From: Octopus bimaculoides
Taxonomy: Eukaryota
Assembly (NCBI RefSeq): GCF_001194135.2
Contig: NC_068998.1
Span: 54,268,401-54,332,400, forward strand
DNA length: 64,000 nt
Direction of reading: 5' to 3'
The stretch's first letter is position 1. Each line of letters opens with the position of its first letter. A program made the position numbers and the translations under genes. Below, in pieces: positions 63,439 to 64,000 of this stretch. The notes below the pieces were generated by a model that ran no database searches, was not told where the DNA came from, and saw nothing but the letters and a program-made list of their open reading frames with translations.

Positions 63439-64000
63439 CTGTGAAATAACAGTTTATTAAAAGATTTTAAAGTTTTCTATCCATGTTCTTTCTCTTTGTC
63501 AAAAGCTTGTAAACAAGAATGATTAGCAGCTAAAAATTATGATCAGATTGGTGCGGAAGAATATTAGCACAATCACTTTCCACACTTTCCAAAGTTTTAA
63601 AAAAGAGATGAAGGCTGAGTAAAAAATAATAAAGTTAGAAAAGAAGAAAAACAAAAACAATGACAAATAGATAAGTAAAAAAAAAAAACATACCAACACC
63701 TAAGTAAAAAAAGTAAAGCAGCAGAGAAAATAAGAGCAGACAAAAGAAAACATAAAAAAAAACAACGAAAACACAACAAAATAGCTGTAGTAAAAATTCA
63801 TTGAAATGTTCTTGTATTTACAGAAAAAAGTAAAATAAATCAAAAACAAGAAAACAAACAAAAAAGAGAAAAAAGAAGCAACACATTTAAAAATATTAAA
63901 AAAAACTAAGAAAAAAATTAAATGAGATGAAGAGGAGGGGGAGGGAGGGAAGAGAAAAAATTGGATTCTTAAATAAATAAATAGCGATATCTCACATTGG

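Noticed and set aside
1-64000. CRISPR array, rRNA or prokaryotic operon
   Set aside because: No regularly spaced repeat-spacer array or rRNA-like sequence; the window is eukaryotic with spliceosomal introns.

Overview
AT-rich, microsatellite- and SINE-dense animal DNA with many N gaps; the repeat content looks cephalopod (octopus-like), which is an inference. Two conserved genes are well supported and converge. A UBTD1/2-family ubiquitin-domain gene lies on + (coding exons 30924-31160 and 37402-37799; first coding exon not found). THOC3 (THO complex subunit 3) lies on - and is complete: 6 coding exons, 58020 down to 51615, 319 aa. The rest is mostly intron and intergenic DNA carrying tRNA-derived SINEs, RTE-type LINE fragments, decayed Tc1/mariner transposases, TTAA-flanked MITEs, a possible hAT end and simple repeats. 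The most unusual structure is a short retroposon family that joins a tRNA-derived Pol III head to a minimal type I hammerhead-ribozyme motif of the Penelope/retrozyme kind. One copy (17387-17621) has a perfect 12-bp target-site duplication. A head-to-head inverted dimer (61528-62029) is enclosed by a single 12-bp direct repeat, and only its + arm keeps an intact ribozyme core. Weaker leads are orphan promoter/enhancer motif clusters, splice-site-bounded antisense exon candidates (including a 15-nt microexon) and a 145-nt fold-back. All coordinates were read by eye; repeat boundaries are approximate.
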